From: Eledone cirrhosa
Taxonomy: Eukaryota
Direction: 5' to 3'
Assembly (NCBI GenBank): GCA_964016885.1
Contig: OZ024744.1
Coordinates: 8,432,001 to 8,496,000, forward strand
DNA: 64,000 nt
Part shown: piece by piece, positions 42,501 to 53,818 of the stretch
Layout of the letters: each line of letters begins with the position of its first letter
How positions within the stretch are numbered: the stretch's first letter is position 1
Notes under the pieces: generated by a model
What the model saw: only the letters and a program-made list of their open reading frames with translations
Database searches by the model: none
Told to the model about the DNA's origin: nothing
Position numbers and translations under genes: made by a program

Positions 42501-44099
42501 TATAGTAGTGTCGTGTATACTATAGTAGTTTGGTATATATATTATAGTAGTGTTGTATATATTATAGTAGTGGGGTGTATATTATAGTAGTGTGGTATAT
42601 ATTATAGTAGTTTGGTATATATTAGAGCAGTGTAGTGGTATATATTATATTAGTGTGTTATATATTATAGTAGTGTGGTGTATATTATAGTATTATGGTG
42701 TATATTATAGTAGTGTGGTATATATTATAGTAGTGTGGTATATATTATAGTAGTGTGGTATATATTATAGTAGTGTGGTTTATATTATAGTAGTGTGATG
42801 TATATTATAGTAGTGTGGTATATATTGTTGTAGTGTGGTATATAAGATAGTAGTGTGGTAAATATTATAGTAGTGTGGTGTATGTTATAGTATAGTGGTG
42901 ATGTATATTATAGTAGTGTGGTGTATATTATAGTAGTGTGGTGTATATTATAGTAGTGTGGTATATATATTAGTATCGTGGCATATATTATAGTAGTGTG
43001 GTATATATTATCGTAGTGTGGTATATATTATAGTAGTGTGGTATATATTATAGTAATGTGGTTTATATTATAGTAGTGTGGTAAATATTATAGTATATAT
43101 TATAGTATATTATAGTATATATTATAGTAGTGTGGTATTTATTATAGTATTGTGGTATATGTTATAGTAATGTGGTGTATATTATATGTTATAGTAATGT
43201 GGTGTATATTATAGTAATGTGGTTTATATTATAGTAGTGTGGTAAATATTATAGTAGTGTGGTGTATGTTATAGTATAGTGGTGATGTATATTATAGTAG
43301 TGTGGTGTATATTATAGTAGTGTGGTGTATATTATAGTAGTGTGGTATATATATTAGTATCGTGGCATATATTATAGTAGTGTGGTATATATTATCGTAG
43401 TGTGGTATATATTATAGTAGTGTGGTATATATTATAGTAATGTGGTTTATATTATAGTAGTGTGGTGTATCTTATGTTAGTGTGGTGTATATTATAGTAG
43501 TGACGTGGATGTTATAGTAGTGTGGAGGTGTATATTATATTAGTGTGGTGTATATTACAGTAGAGTGGTATATATTATAATTGGGTGGTGCTACATATTA
43601 TAGTAAAGTGGAACATATTATAGTAGTGTGGTACATATTATAGTTTTGTGGTGTATATTATAGTAGTGTTGTGTATATTATGATAATGTGGTGTATATTA
43701 GAGTAGTGTGGTGTATATTATTGTAGTGTGGTGTATATTATAGTAGTGTGGTGTATATTATAGCAGTGGGGTGTATATTATAGTAGTGTGGTGTATATTG
43801 TAGTAGTGTGGTATATATTATAGTAGTGTGGTATATATATTATAGTAGTGTGGTATATATTATAGCAGTGAGGTGGTATATACTATAGTGGTGTGCTATA
43901 TATTATAGTTGTGTGGTATATATCATAGTAGTGTGGTTTATATTATAGTAGTGTGGTATGTATTATAGTAGTGTGGTGTATGTTATAATAGTGTGGTGAT
44001 GTATATTATAGTAGTGTGGTGTATATTATATTAGTGTGGTGTATATTATAGTAGTGTGGTATATATTTTAGTATTGCGGCATATATTATAGTAGTGTGG

Positions 44100-46975
44100 T
44101 ATATATTATAGTAGTGTGGTATATATTATAGTAGTGTGCTATATATTATTGTAGTGTGGTACATGTTATAATATTGTGGTATATATTATAGTAATGTGGT
44201 GGTATATATTATAGTAGTGTGGTAAATATTATAATATTTTGGTATATATTATAGTAGTGTGGTGTTTATTATAGTAGTGTTGTGTATACTATAGTAGTGT
44301 GGTGTATACTATAGTATTTTGTTGTATATTAAAGTAGTGTGGTGGTATATATTAGAGTAGTGTGGTATATATTATAGTACTCTGTTAAATATTATATTAG
44401 TTTGGTATATATTATTGTAGTGTTGTATATATTATTGTAGTGTATTACATCTTATAGTATTGTGGTATATATTATAGTAGTGTGGTGGCATAAATTACAG
44501 TAGTTTGGTATATTATAGTATTTTGGCATATATTATAGTAGTGTGGTGTTTATTATAGTAGTGTGGTGTATATTATAGTAGTGTGGTGTATATTATAGTA
44601 GCGTGGTATATATCATAGGAGTGTGGCATATATTATAATTGTGTGGTATATATTATAGTAGTGTGGTAAATATTATAGTAGCGTGGTGTATGTTATAGTA
44701 GTGTGGTGATGTATATTATAGTAGTGTTGTGTATCTTATGATATTGTGGTGTATATTATAGTAGTGTGGTGTATATTATTGTAGTGTGGTGTATATTATA
44801 GTAGTGTGGTGGAATATATTATTGTAGTGTGGTATATATTATAGTAGTCTGGTGTATATTATTGTAGTGTTGAATAGTTTACACTAGTATGGTGTATATT
44901 ATAGTAGTGTGGTGTATATTATAGCAGTGGATTGTATATTATAGTAGTGTGGTGTATATTGTAGTAGTGTGGTATATATTATAGTAGTGAAGTGGTATAT
45001 ATTTTAGTAGTATGGTATATATTATAGTAATGTGGCATATATTATAGTAGTGTGGTGTATATTATAGTAGTGTTGTGTATATTATAGTGGTGTGGTATAT
45101 ATTATAGTAGTGTGCTGTATATTATAATAGTGTGACATATATTATAGTAGTGTGACATATATTATAGTAGTGTGGTGGTATATATTATAGTAATGTGGTT
45201 TAAATTATAATATTATAGTAGTGTGGTATATAGTACTATATTATAGTAGTGTGGTATTTATTATAGTATTGTGGTATATGTTATAGTAATGTGGTGTATA
45301 TTATTGTAGTGTTGTGTATATTATGGTAATGTGGTGTATATTATAGTAGTGTGGTGTATATTATAGTAGTGTGATATATATTATAGTAGTGTGCTCTATA
45401 TTATAATAGTGTGACATATATTATAGTAGTGTTACATATATTATAGTAGTGTGGTGGTATATATTATAGTAATGTGGTTTAAATTATAATATTATAGTAG
45501 TGTGGTATATAGTACTATATTATAGTAGTGTGGTATTTATTATAGTATTGTGGTATATGTTATAGTAATGTGGTGTATATTATTGTAGTGTTGTGTATAT
45601 TATGGTAATGTGGTGTATATTATAGTAGTGTGGTGTATATTATAGTAGTGTGGTATATATTATAGTAGTGTGCTATATATTATTGTAGTGTGGTACATGT
45701 TATAATATTGTGGTATATATTATAGTAATGTGGTGGTATATATTATAGTAGTGTGGTAAATATTATAATATTTTGGTATATATTATAGTAGTGTGGTGTT
45801 TATTATAGTAGTGTTGTGTATACTATAGTAGTGTGGTGTATACTATAGTATTTTGTTGTATATTAAAGTAGTGTGGTGGTATATATTAGAGTAGTGTGGT
45901 ATATATTATAGTACTCTGTTAAATATTATATTAGTTTGGTATATATTATTGTAGTGTTGTATATATTATTGTAGTGTATTACATCTTATAGTATTGTGGT
46001 ATATATTATAGTAGTGTGGTGGCATAAATTACAGTAGTTTGGTATATTATAGTATTTTGGCATATATTATAGTAGTGTGGTGTTTATTATAGTAGTGTGG
46101 TGTATATTATAGTAGTGTGGTGTATATTATAGTAGCGTGGTATATATCATAGGAGTGTGGCATATATTATAATTGTGTGGTATATATTATAGTAGTGTGG
46201 TAAATATTATAGTAGCGTGGTGTATGTTATAGTAGTGTGGTGATGTATATTATAGTAGTGTTGTGTATCTTATGATATTGTGGTGTATATTATAGTAGTG
46301 TGGTGTATATTATTGTAGTGTGGTGTATATTATTTTAGTGTGGTGGAATATATTATTGTAGTGTGGTATATATTATAGTAGTCTGGTGTATATTATTGTA
46401 GTGTTGAATAGTTTACACTAGTGTGGTGTATATTATAGTAGTGTGGTGTATATTATAGCAGTGGATTGTATATTATAGTAGTGTGGTGTATATTGTAGTA
46501 GTGTGGTATATATTATAGTAGTGAAGTGGTATATATTTTAGTAGTATGGTATATATTATAGTAATGTGGCATATATTATAGTAGTGTGGTGTATATTATA
46601 GTAGTGTTGTGTATATTATAGTGGTGTGGTATATATTATAGTAGTGTGCTGTATATTATAATAGTGTGACATATATTATAGTAGTGTGACATATATTATA
46701 GTAGTGTGGTGGTATATATTATAGTAATGTGGTTTAAATTATAATATTATAGTAGTGTGGTATATAGTACTATATTATAGTAGTGTGGTATTATTATAGT
46801 ATTGTGGTATATGTTATAGTAATGTGGTGTATATTATTGTAGTGTTGTGTATATTATGGTAATGTGGTGTATATTATAGTAGTGTGGTGTATATTATAGT
46901 AGTGTGATATATATTATAGTAGTGTGCTCTATATTATAATAGTGTGACATATATTATAGTAGTGTTACATATATT
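44100..46975. repeat. Near-identical 1534-bp-offset segmental duplication inside satellite B
   Basis: Diagnostic variants recur at offset 1534: ACATGTTATAATATTG (44161/45695), ACACTAG after AATAGTTT (44881/46415), AAATTATAATATT (45202/46736). Boundaries approximate. Confidence 0.85.
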
Positions 46976-49900
46976 AAAGTACTGTGGTGTATATTATAGT
47001 AGTTTGGTGTATATTATAGTAGTTTGGTGTATATTATAGTAGTGAGGTTGTATATATTATAGTAGTGTGGGATATATTATAGTAGTGGGGTATATATTAT
47101 ATTAGTGTGGTATATATTATAGTAATGTGCTATATATTATTGTAGTGTGGTTATGTTATAGTATTGTGGAATATATTATATTAGTGTGCTGGTATATATT
47201 ATGGTAGTGGGGTATATATTATAGTATTTTGGTATATACTATAGTACTGTGGTGTTTATTATAGTAGTGTCGGGTATACTATAGTAGTGTGGTGTATATT
47301 GTAGTAGTGTTGTGTATATTATAATATTTTGGTGTATATTAAAATAGTGTGGTTGTATATATTAGACGAGTGTGGTATATAATATAGTAGTGTGTTAAAT
47401 ATTATATTAGTTAGGTATATATTATTGTAGTGTTGTATATATTAATGTAGTGTGTTACATGTTATAGTACTGTGGTATATATTATAGTAGTGTGGTGTAT
47501 ATTATAGTAGTGTGGTGGTATATATTATAGTAGTGTGGTTTATTATAATATTTTGGTATATATTATAGTAGTGTGGTGTTTATTATAGTAGTGTGGTGTA
47601 TATTATAGTAGTGTGGTTTATCTTATATTAGTGTGGTTTATATTATAGTAGTGTGGTATATATATATATAATAGTAGTATGTTATACATTATAGTAGTGT
47701 GGTGTATATTATAGTGGTGTGGTATATATATTATAATAGTGTGGTATATATTATAGTAGTGTGGTATATATTACAGTAGTGTGGTTTATTATAATATTTT
47801 GGTATATATTATAGTAGTGTGGTGTTTATTATAGTAGTGTGGTTTATATTATAGTAGTGTGGTTTATCTTATATTAGTGTGGTGTATATTATAGTAGTGT
47901 GGTATATATATTATAGTAGTATGTTATACATTATAGTAGTGTGGTGTATATTATAGTGGTGTGGTATATATTTTATAGTATTGTGGTATATAATATAGTA
48001 GTTTGGTGTATATTATAGTAGTGTGGTATATATTATATTAGTGTGGTGTATATTATAATCTTTTGGTATATATTATAGTAGTGAAGTGTTTATTATAGTA
48101 GTGTCGTGTATACTATAGTAGTTTGGTGTATATATTATATTAGTGTCGTATATATTATAGTATTGGGGTGGTATATATTATAGCAGTGTGGTATATATTA
48201 TAGTAGTGTGGTGGTATATATTATTGTAGTGTACTATATATTATAGTAGTGTGGTGTATATTATAGTAGTGTAGAGTATATTATAGCAGTGTGATGTATA
48301 TTATAGTAGTGTGGTGCATATATTTTTGTAGTGTGGTATATATTATATTAGTCTGCTATGTATTGTAGTAGTGTTGAATATATTATAGTTATGTGGTATA
48401 TATTATAGCAGGGTGGTATATATTATAGTAGTGTGCGTATAGTATAGTCGTGTAGTGTATATTATATTAGTGTGGTATATATTATAGTAGTGTGGTGTAT
48501 ATTATATTAGTGTGGAATATAGTATAGTAGTGTAGTTTACATTATAGTAGTGTGGTGTAAATTATAGTAGCGTGGTATATATTATAGTAGTGTAGTATAT
48601 ATTATAGTATTTTGGTATATACTATAGTAGTGTGGTGTTTATTATAGTAGTGTCGTGTATACTATAGTTGTGTGGTGTATATTATAGTAGTGTGGTGTAA
48701 TTCATAGTAGTGTGGTATATATTATAGTAGTCTGGTATATATTATAGTAGTGTGATGTACGTTATAGAAGTGTTTTGGTGTATATTATAGGAGTTTAGCG
48801 TATATTATAGTAGTGTGGTATATATTATAATAGGGTGGTGGTATATATTATAGTAGTGTGGTATTTATTATAGTATTGTGGTATATGTTATAGTAATGTG
48901 GTGTATATTATTGTAGTGTTGTGTATATTATGGTAATGTGGTGTATATTATAGTAGTGTGGTGTATATTATAGTAGTGTGATATATATTATAGTAGTGTG
49001 CTCTATATTATAATAGTGTGACATATATTATAGTAGTGTTACATATATTAAAGTACTGTGGTGTATATTATAGTAGTTTGGTGTATATTATAGTAGTTTG
49101 GTGTATATTATAGTAGTGAGGTTGTATATATTATAGTAGTGTGGGATATATTATAGTAGTGGGGTATATATTATATTAGTGTGGTATATATTATAGTAAT
49201 GTGCTATATATTATTGTAGTGTGGTCATGTTATAGTATTGTGGTATATATTATAGTAGTGTGTTACATATTATAGTATTTTGGTATATACTATAGTAGTT
49301 TGGAATATATTATCATAGTGTGGTACATATTATAGTAGTCTGCTATATATTGTAGTAGTGTGGTATATATTAGAGTGATGTGGTGTATAGTATAGTAGTG
49401 TGGTGTATATTATAGTAGTTTGGTATATATTATAGTAGTGTGGAGTAAATTATATTAGTGTGGTATATTTTAGAGTAGTGTGGTATATATTATAGTAGTG
49501 TGGTGTAATTTATATTAATGGGGTATATATTATAGTAGTGAGGTATATATATTATATTAGTGTGGTTGATGTTATAGTAGTGTGGTGGTGTATATTAGAG
49601 TAGTGTGGTATATAATATATTAGTGTGGTGTATATTATAGTAGTGTGGTATATATTATTGTAGTCTGGTATATATTATAGTAGTGTGATGTATGTTATAG
49701 TAGTGTGTTGGCGTATATTATAGTAGTGTAGCGTATATTATAGTAGTGTGGTAGACATTACAGTAGTGTGGTATATATTATAGTAGTGTGGTACATATTA
49801 TAGTTTTGTGCTGTATATTATATTAGTGTGGTGTATATAAAAGTAGTGTTGTGTATATTATGATAGTGTGGTGTATATTATAGTAGTGTGGTGTATATTA

Positions 49901-50893
49901 TTGTAGTGTGGTGTATATTATAGTAGTGTGGTGGAATATATTATAGTAGTCTGGTATATATCATAGTAGTGTGGTGTATATTATAGTAGTGTTGTATAGT
50001 TTACACTAGTGTGGTGTATATTATATTAGCGTGGTGTATATTATAGCAGTGAGGTGTATATTATAGTAGTGTTGTATATATTGTAGTAGTGTGGTATATA
50101 TTATAGTAGTGTGGTATATATATTATAGTATTGTGGTATATATTATAGTAGTGATGTGGTATATACTATAGGATTATGCTATATATTATAGTTGTGTGGT
50201 ATATATTATGGTAGTGTGGTGTATATTATAGTAGTGTTGTATATATTATAGTAGTGTTCTGTATATTATAATAGTGTGGTGTATATTATAGTAGTGCTGT
50301 GTATATTATGATAGTGTGGTGTATATTATAGTAGTGTGGTGTATATTATTGTAGTGTGGTGTATATTATAGTAGTGTGGTGGAATATATTATAGTAGTGT
50401 GGTACATATTATAGTTTTGTGGTGTATATTATATTAGTGTGGTGTATATTATAGTAGTGTTGTGTATATTATGATAGTGTGGTGTATATTATAGTAGTTT
50501 GGTATATATTATAGTAGTGTGGTGTGTATTATAGTAGTGTGGTGTATATTGTAGTAGTGTGGTGTATATTGTAGTAGTGTGGTATATATATTATAGTAGT
50601 GTAGTATATATTATAGTAGTGAGGTGCTATATACTATAGTAGTGCGGTGTGTATTATATTAGTGTGGTATATATTATAGTCATGTGGTATATATTATAGT
50701 AGTGTGGTGTATATTATATTAGTTTGGTATATATTATAGTCGTGTGGTATATATTATATTAGTGTGGTGTATTTTATAGTAGTGTTCATCATCATCATCA
50801 TCATCATCAGGTTTAGCGTCCGTGTTCCACGCTTGCATGGGTTTGGACGGGGGTTTTCCCACTTGAGGCAAGAGTGGTTGTCTTGCTCGCATA

Positions 50894-51125
50894 GGACTGT
50901 CTGGCGGGTTTTCTACAGTTGGATGCCCTTCCTAACACCAACCACATTTACAGTGTGGGGCTGGGAGGTTTTTACCGTGTTGCCTACACGGCCACATTAC
51001 AGCGTGGACTGTCTGGCGGGTTTTCTACAGCTGGATGCCCTTCCTAACACCAACCACATTTACAGTGTGGGGCTGGGAGGTTTTTACCGTGTTGCCTACA
51101 CGGCCACATTTACAGCGTGGACTGT
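50894..51125. repeat. Two tandem ~112-bp units in the LINE 3' UTR
   Basis: GGACTGT begins units at 50894 and 51006 and recurs at 51119; units differ by about one substitution and one indel. Confidence 0.93.
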
Positions 51126-51295
51126 GTGTTTTTTTGTCGTGACACCTACACGATCTCATTTGTTTCGGCCTGGATGTTGTGGGACCAACATAACTTTACA
51201 TTGAAAGGGGCGGTGTGGGTGGGGTGGAGGGTGGTGGGACGGGGGTGTGTTTTGATAGAGATGCCTACTGACTGTAGTAGGTTTTTACTTTGTAT

Positions 51296-53818
51296 TTAGG
51301 TAAGGCGGGTCTTCTCTATTACTGAGTACCGCCAAAGGTCTCGGTCCAGTGACATTGTCTTGGAGAGGTGTAAGCGTGTGAGGTCGGAATTTATCAGCTC
51401 GTCCCATGTTTTTCTGGGTCTGCCTACTCCGTGGCTACCGTCTATCTTTATTGCCCTGCACTTTGTTATACAGCTGTCGTCTTTCATGCGCATCACGTGA
51501 CCGTACCAACGTAGCCTTCTCTCGAGTAAACAACATCTGATCCCTCTTATTTCTAATTTTTTCCTTAGTTCGTTTATGCTTTGCCGTTCACGTATATTAC
51601 TATTGCACATCCAGCGGAGCATGCAAGCTTCGTTCCTCTCTAGTCTGCGTATATCCTCTGCACACAATGCCCAGGTCTCACTGCAATGCAGCATTGCTGT
51701 TCGTATGCAGGCATCGTATAACCTGCCTTTCATTTTTAGGGAGAACCCTCTAGCGGCTAATAGTGGTATAAGCTCTCTGAACTTTTTCCATCCAGTTCTG
51801 ACTCTAGCTACTGTACTTTCAGAGCACCCGCCCCCACTGCTGATTTTGTCACCCAGATAACGGAAGCTGTCCACTATTTCTATAGAACCCTCTGCGCAGT
51901 TGAAGGAGCTAGTATTTTGTGGGCACTTGCTGCTACTTATTGCACCAGAGCACCGGCCACATGTAAAATCTATGTTCTTAGTTAGCCTACCTGTGATCCC
52001 ACTACATCTTTTATGCACCCATACTTTGCATTTGGGACATAAAATGGAGTTTCTACCTACGCCTTTCCTACACACTGAGCATGGCCATTTCCCCGATGGG
52101 ACCGCCGCCTTATTTTCTTTCCTACAAACTAGAACTTTAGTCTTAGCCAGGTTAATTTTAAGGCCTTTTGATTCTAGGCCGTGCTTCCACGTTTGGAATT
52201 TCTTCTCTAGTTCGGTCATTGATTCAGCTATGAGCGTTAGATCATCTGCGTATAGGAGTTCCCATGGGCAGCCGGTCTTGAACTCCTCTGTTATAGCCTG
52301 AAGGGCAATAATAAATAGTAGGGGGCTAAGAACAGAGCCCTGATGGACACCAACTTTTACGCTAAACTCTTCACTATATTCGTTGTTAATTCTAACCTTA
52401 CTGACTGTTTCTTTATACATGGCTTGTATAGCTCTCACAAGCCATTCGTCAACACCTAGTTTTCTAAGAGACCACCAGATAATGGAACGGGGGACTCTGT
52501 CGAAGGCTTTCTCCAAGTCGACGAAAGCTAAGTATAGGGGTTTACTTTTAGCTAGGTACTTCTCCTGTAGTTGTCGTACAATGAAAAGAGCGTCTGTGGT
52601 ACTTTTGCCTGACACAAACCCGAACTGCATTTCATCTAGATCAATTCTCTCTCTGATTAGTTGCGCTATTACTTTTTCCGTGACCTTCATGACCTGGTCG
52701 ATTAATTTAATGCCTCTATAGTTACTCCTATCTAGGGCATCTCCTTTTCCCTTATAGCAGTTAACGATGATGCTGCTACGCCATTCCTTCGGAACAACCC
52801 CATTCTGTACGACTTGGTTAACTATCCGGGTGACCATGGTGTGTCCCACCGAACCAGATGCCTTCAGCATCTCAGCAACTATTTCCGAAGGCCCAGCCGC
52901 CTTACCCGTCTTCATATCTTTGATTGCCTTACTTATTATACTACCTTCAACTAACACTGCTGGTCCCTCTATTGGATCGATCTGGGGGAGACTGTCTTTC
53001 TCCCATTTGTTCTCCTCATTTAGAAGCCTTTCGTAGTGACACTTCCAAGCTACCTTCTTATCAGCGTCGGTGATGGCAAGTATGCCATCATCGTTAAGTA
53101 CACACTTCTCCCCGACAATATCACGGTTTTCCTTGACACATTGCCTGGCAATCCTGAACACCTCACGTTTTTGGTCCTCACGTTGTAGAACATGCTTGAA
53201 CTTTCTTTCCTCTGCTTCCCTTCTTGCGAAGTACACTTGTCTCCTAGCTTCCCTCCTGGCCACTTGATAGTCTTCTCTACTTCCCCCATCCCGCCATACT
53301 TTCCAAGCCTGCTTTTTGGCCTTAATTGACTCCTCCACCTTACTGTTCCACCACCATGTTACTCTCCTCCTACCTACAGGCCTGCTCCAGCCACAGACTT
53401 CGTCTGCCGCCGTCAGCAGGTTTGCTCTCAGGAATTCCCACTGTTCCTCTATATTATACGACTCTAATTGCTCTTCCTTACTGTCGAAAGCGTCAAGTAA
53501 TATGCTTTGGAATTCATTTCTGGCTATGGGGTCCTTTAGCTTCCATATTTTTCTCCTGAGGATAGTCCTCTTCCGCTGTCTAGTACATCTCGTCCTGACT
53601 ATGAGGTCGCTAATTATCAGTCTATGTTGGGAGGTGAATTCTTCATGGGGGTGGGATTTAGTGTTAACAACAGACACTCTGTCACGTCTTCTGGTAAGGA
53701 TATAATCTACCTGGCTTGTGTGTTCCCCCGATCTATAGGTGATCAAGTGATTGTCTCGTTTTTTGAAGTTAGTGTTACAGATAGTTAAGTTATTTGCGTC
53801 GCAGAAATCCAGGATTCT
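51296..53818 (-). CDS. LINE ORF (C-terminal part of APE endonuclease + reverse transcriptase + PHD-like finger), 5'-truncated, no true start codon
   Basis: The frame stays open 24 codons upstream of the listed TTG start (RILDFCDANNLTICNTNFKKRDNHLITY..SQVDYIL..QHRL, APE end). RT motifs: QFGF, FVDLEKAFDRV, GVHQGSVLSPLLF, LLYADD (52241-52252), FRYLG. RTE C-terminus RLRWYGHVMR..GRPRKTW..DRDLWR. Confidence 0.93.
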   Translation of the reverse strand, partial: RILDFCDANNLTICNTNFKKRDNHLITYRSGEHTSQVDYILTRRRDRVSVVNTKSHPHEEFTSQHRLIISDLIVRTRCTRQRKRTILRRKIWKLKDPIARNEFQSILLDAFDSKEEQLESYNIEEQWEFLRANLLTAADEVCGWSRPVGRRRVTWWWNSKVEESIKAKKQAWKVWRDGGSREDYQVARREARRQVYFARREAEERKFKHVLQREDQKREVFRIARQCVKENRDIVGEKCVLNDDGILAITDADKKVAWKCHYERLLNEENKWEKDSLPQIDPIEGPAVLVEGSIISKAIKDMKTGKAAGPSEIVAEMLKASGSVGHTMVTRIVNQVVQNGVVPKEWRSSIIVNCYKGKGDALDRSNYRGIKLIDQVMKVTEKVIAQLIRERIDLDEMQFGFVSGKSTTDALFIVRQLQEKYLAKSKPLYLAFVDLEKAFDRVPRSIIWWSLRKLGVDEWLVRAIQAMYKETVSKVRINNEYSEEFSVKVGVHQGSVLSPLLFIIALQAITEEFKTGCPWELLYADDLTLIAESMTELEKKFQTWKHGLESKGLKINLAKTKVLVCRKENKAAVPSGKWPCSVCRKGVGRNSILCPKCKVWVHKRCSGITGRLTKNIDFTCGRCSGAISSSKCPQNTSSFNCAEGSIEIVDSFRYLGDKISSGGGCSESTVARVRTGWKKFRELIPLLAARGFSLKMKGRLYDACIRTAMLHCSETWALCAEDIRRLERNEACMLRWMCNSNIRERQSINELRKKLEIRGIRCCLLERRLRWYGHVMRMKDDSCITKCRAIKIDGSHGVGRPRKTWDELINSDLTRLHLSKTMSLDRDLWRYSVIEKTRLT

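Larger units (their letters stand above)
50786..53818 (-). mobile_element. RTE-clade LINE, 5'-truncated (~3.0 kb), young
   Basis: Uninterrupted endonuclease-tail/RT ORF, ~490-bp 3' UTR and (TGA)8 tail (TCA x8 at 50786-50809 on +). TGTT occurs at both junctions (50783-50786, 53818-53821). Confidence 0.96.

Noticed and set aside
50764-51299. 146-aa and 60-aa ORFs with a hydrophobic start
   Set aside because: Antisense to the LINE 3' UTR; the poly-Ile is the (ATC)n tail and the first ORF starts within the satellite.
51576-53705. Multiple + strand ORFs and the alternate-frame ORF 53050-53289
   Set aside because: Antisense or off-frame shadows of the LINE ORF; no recognisable motifs.
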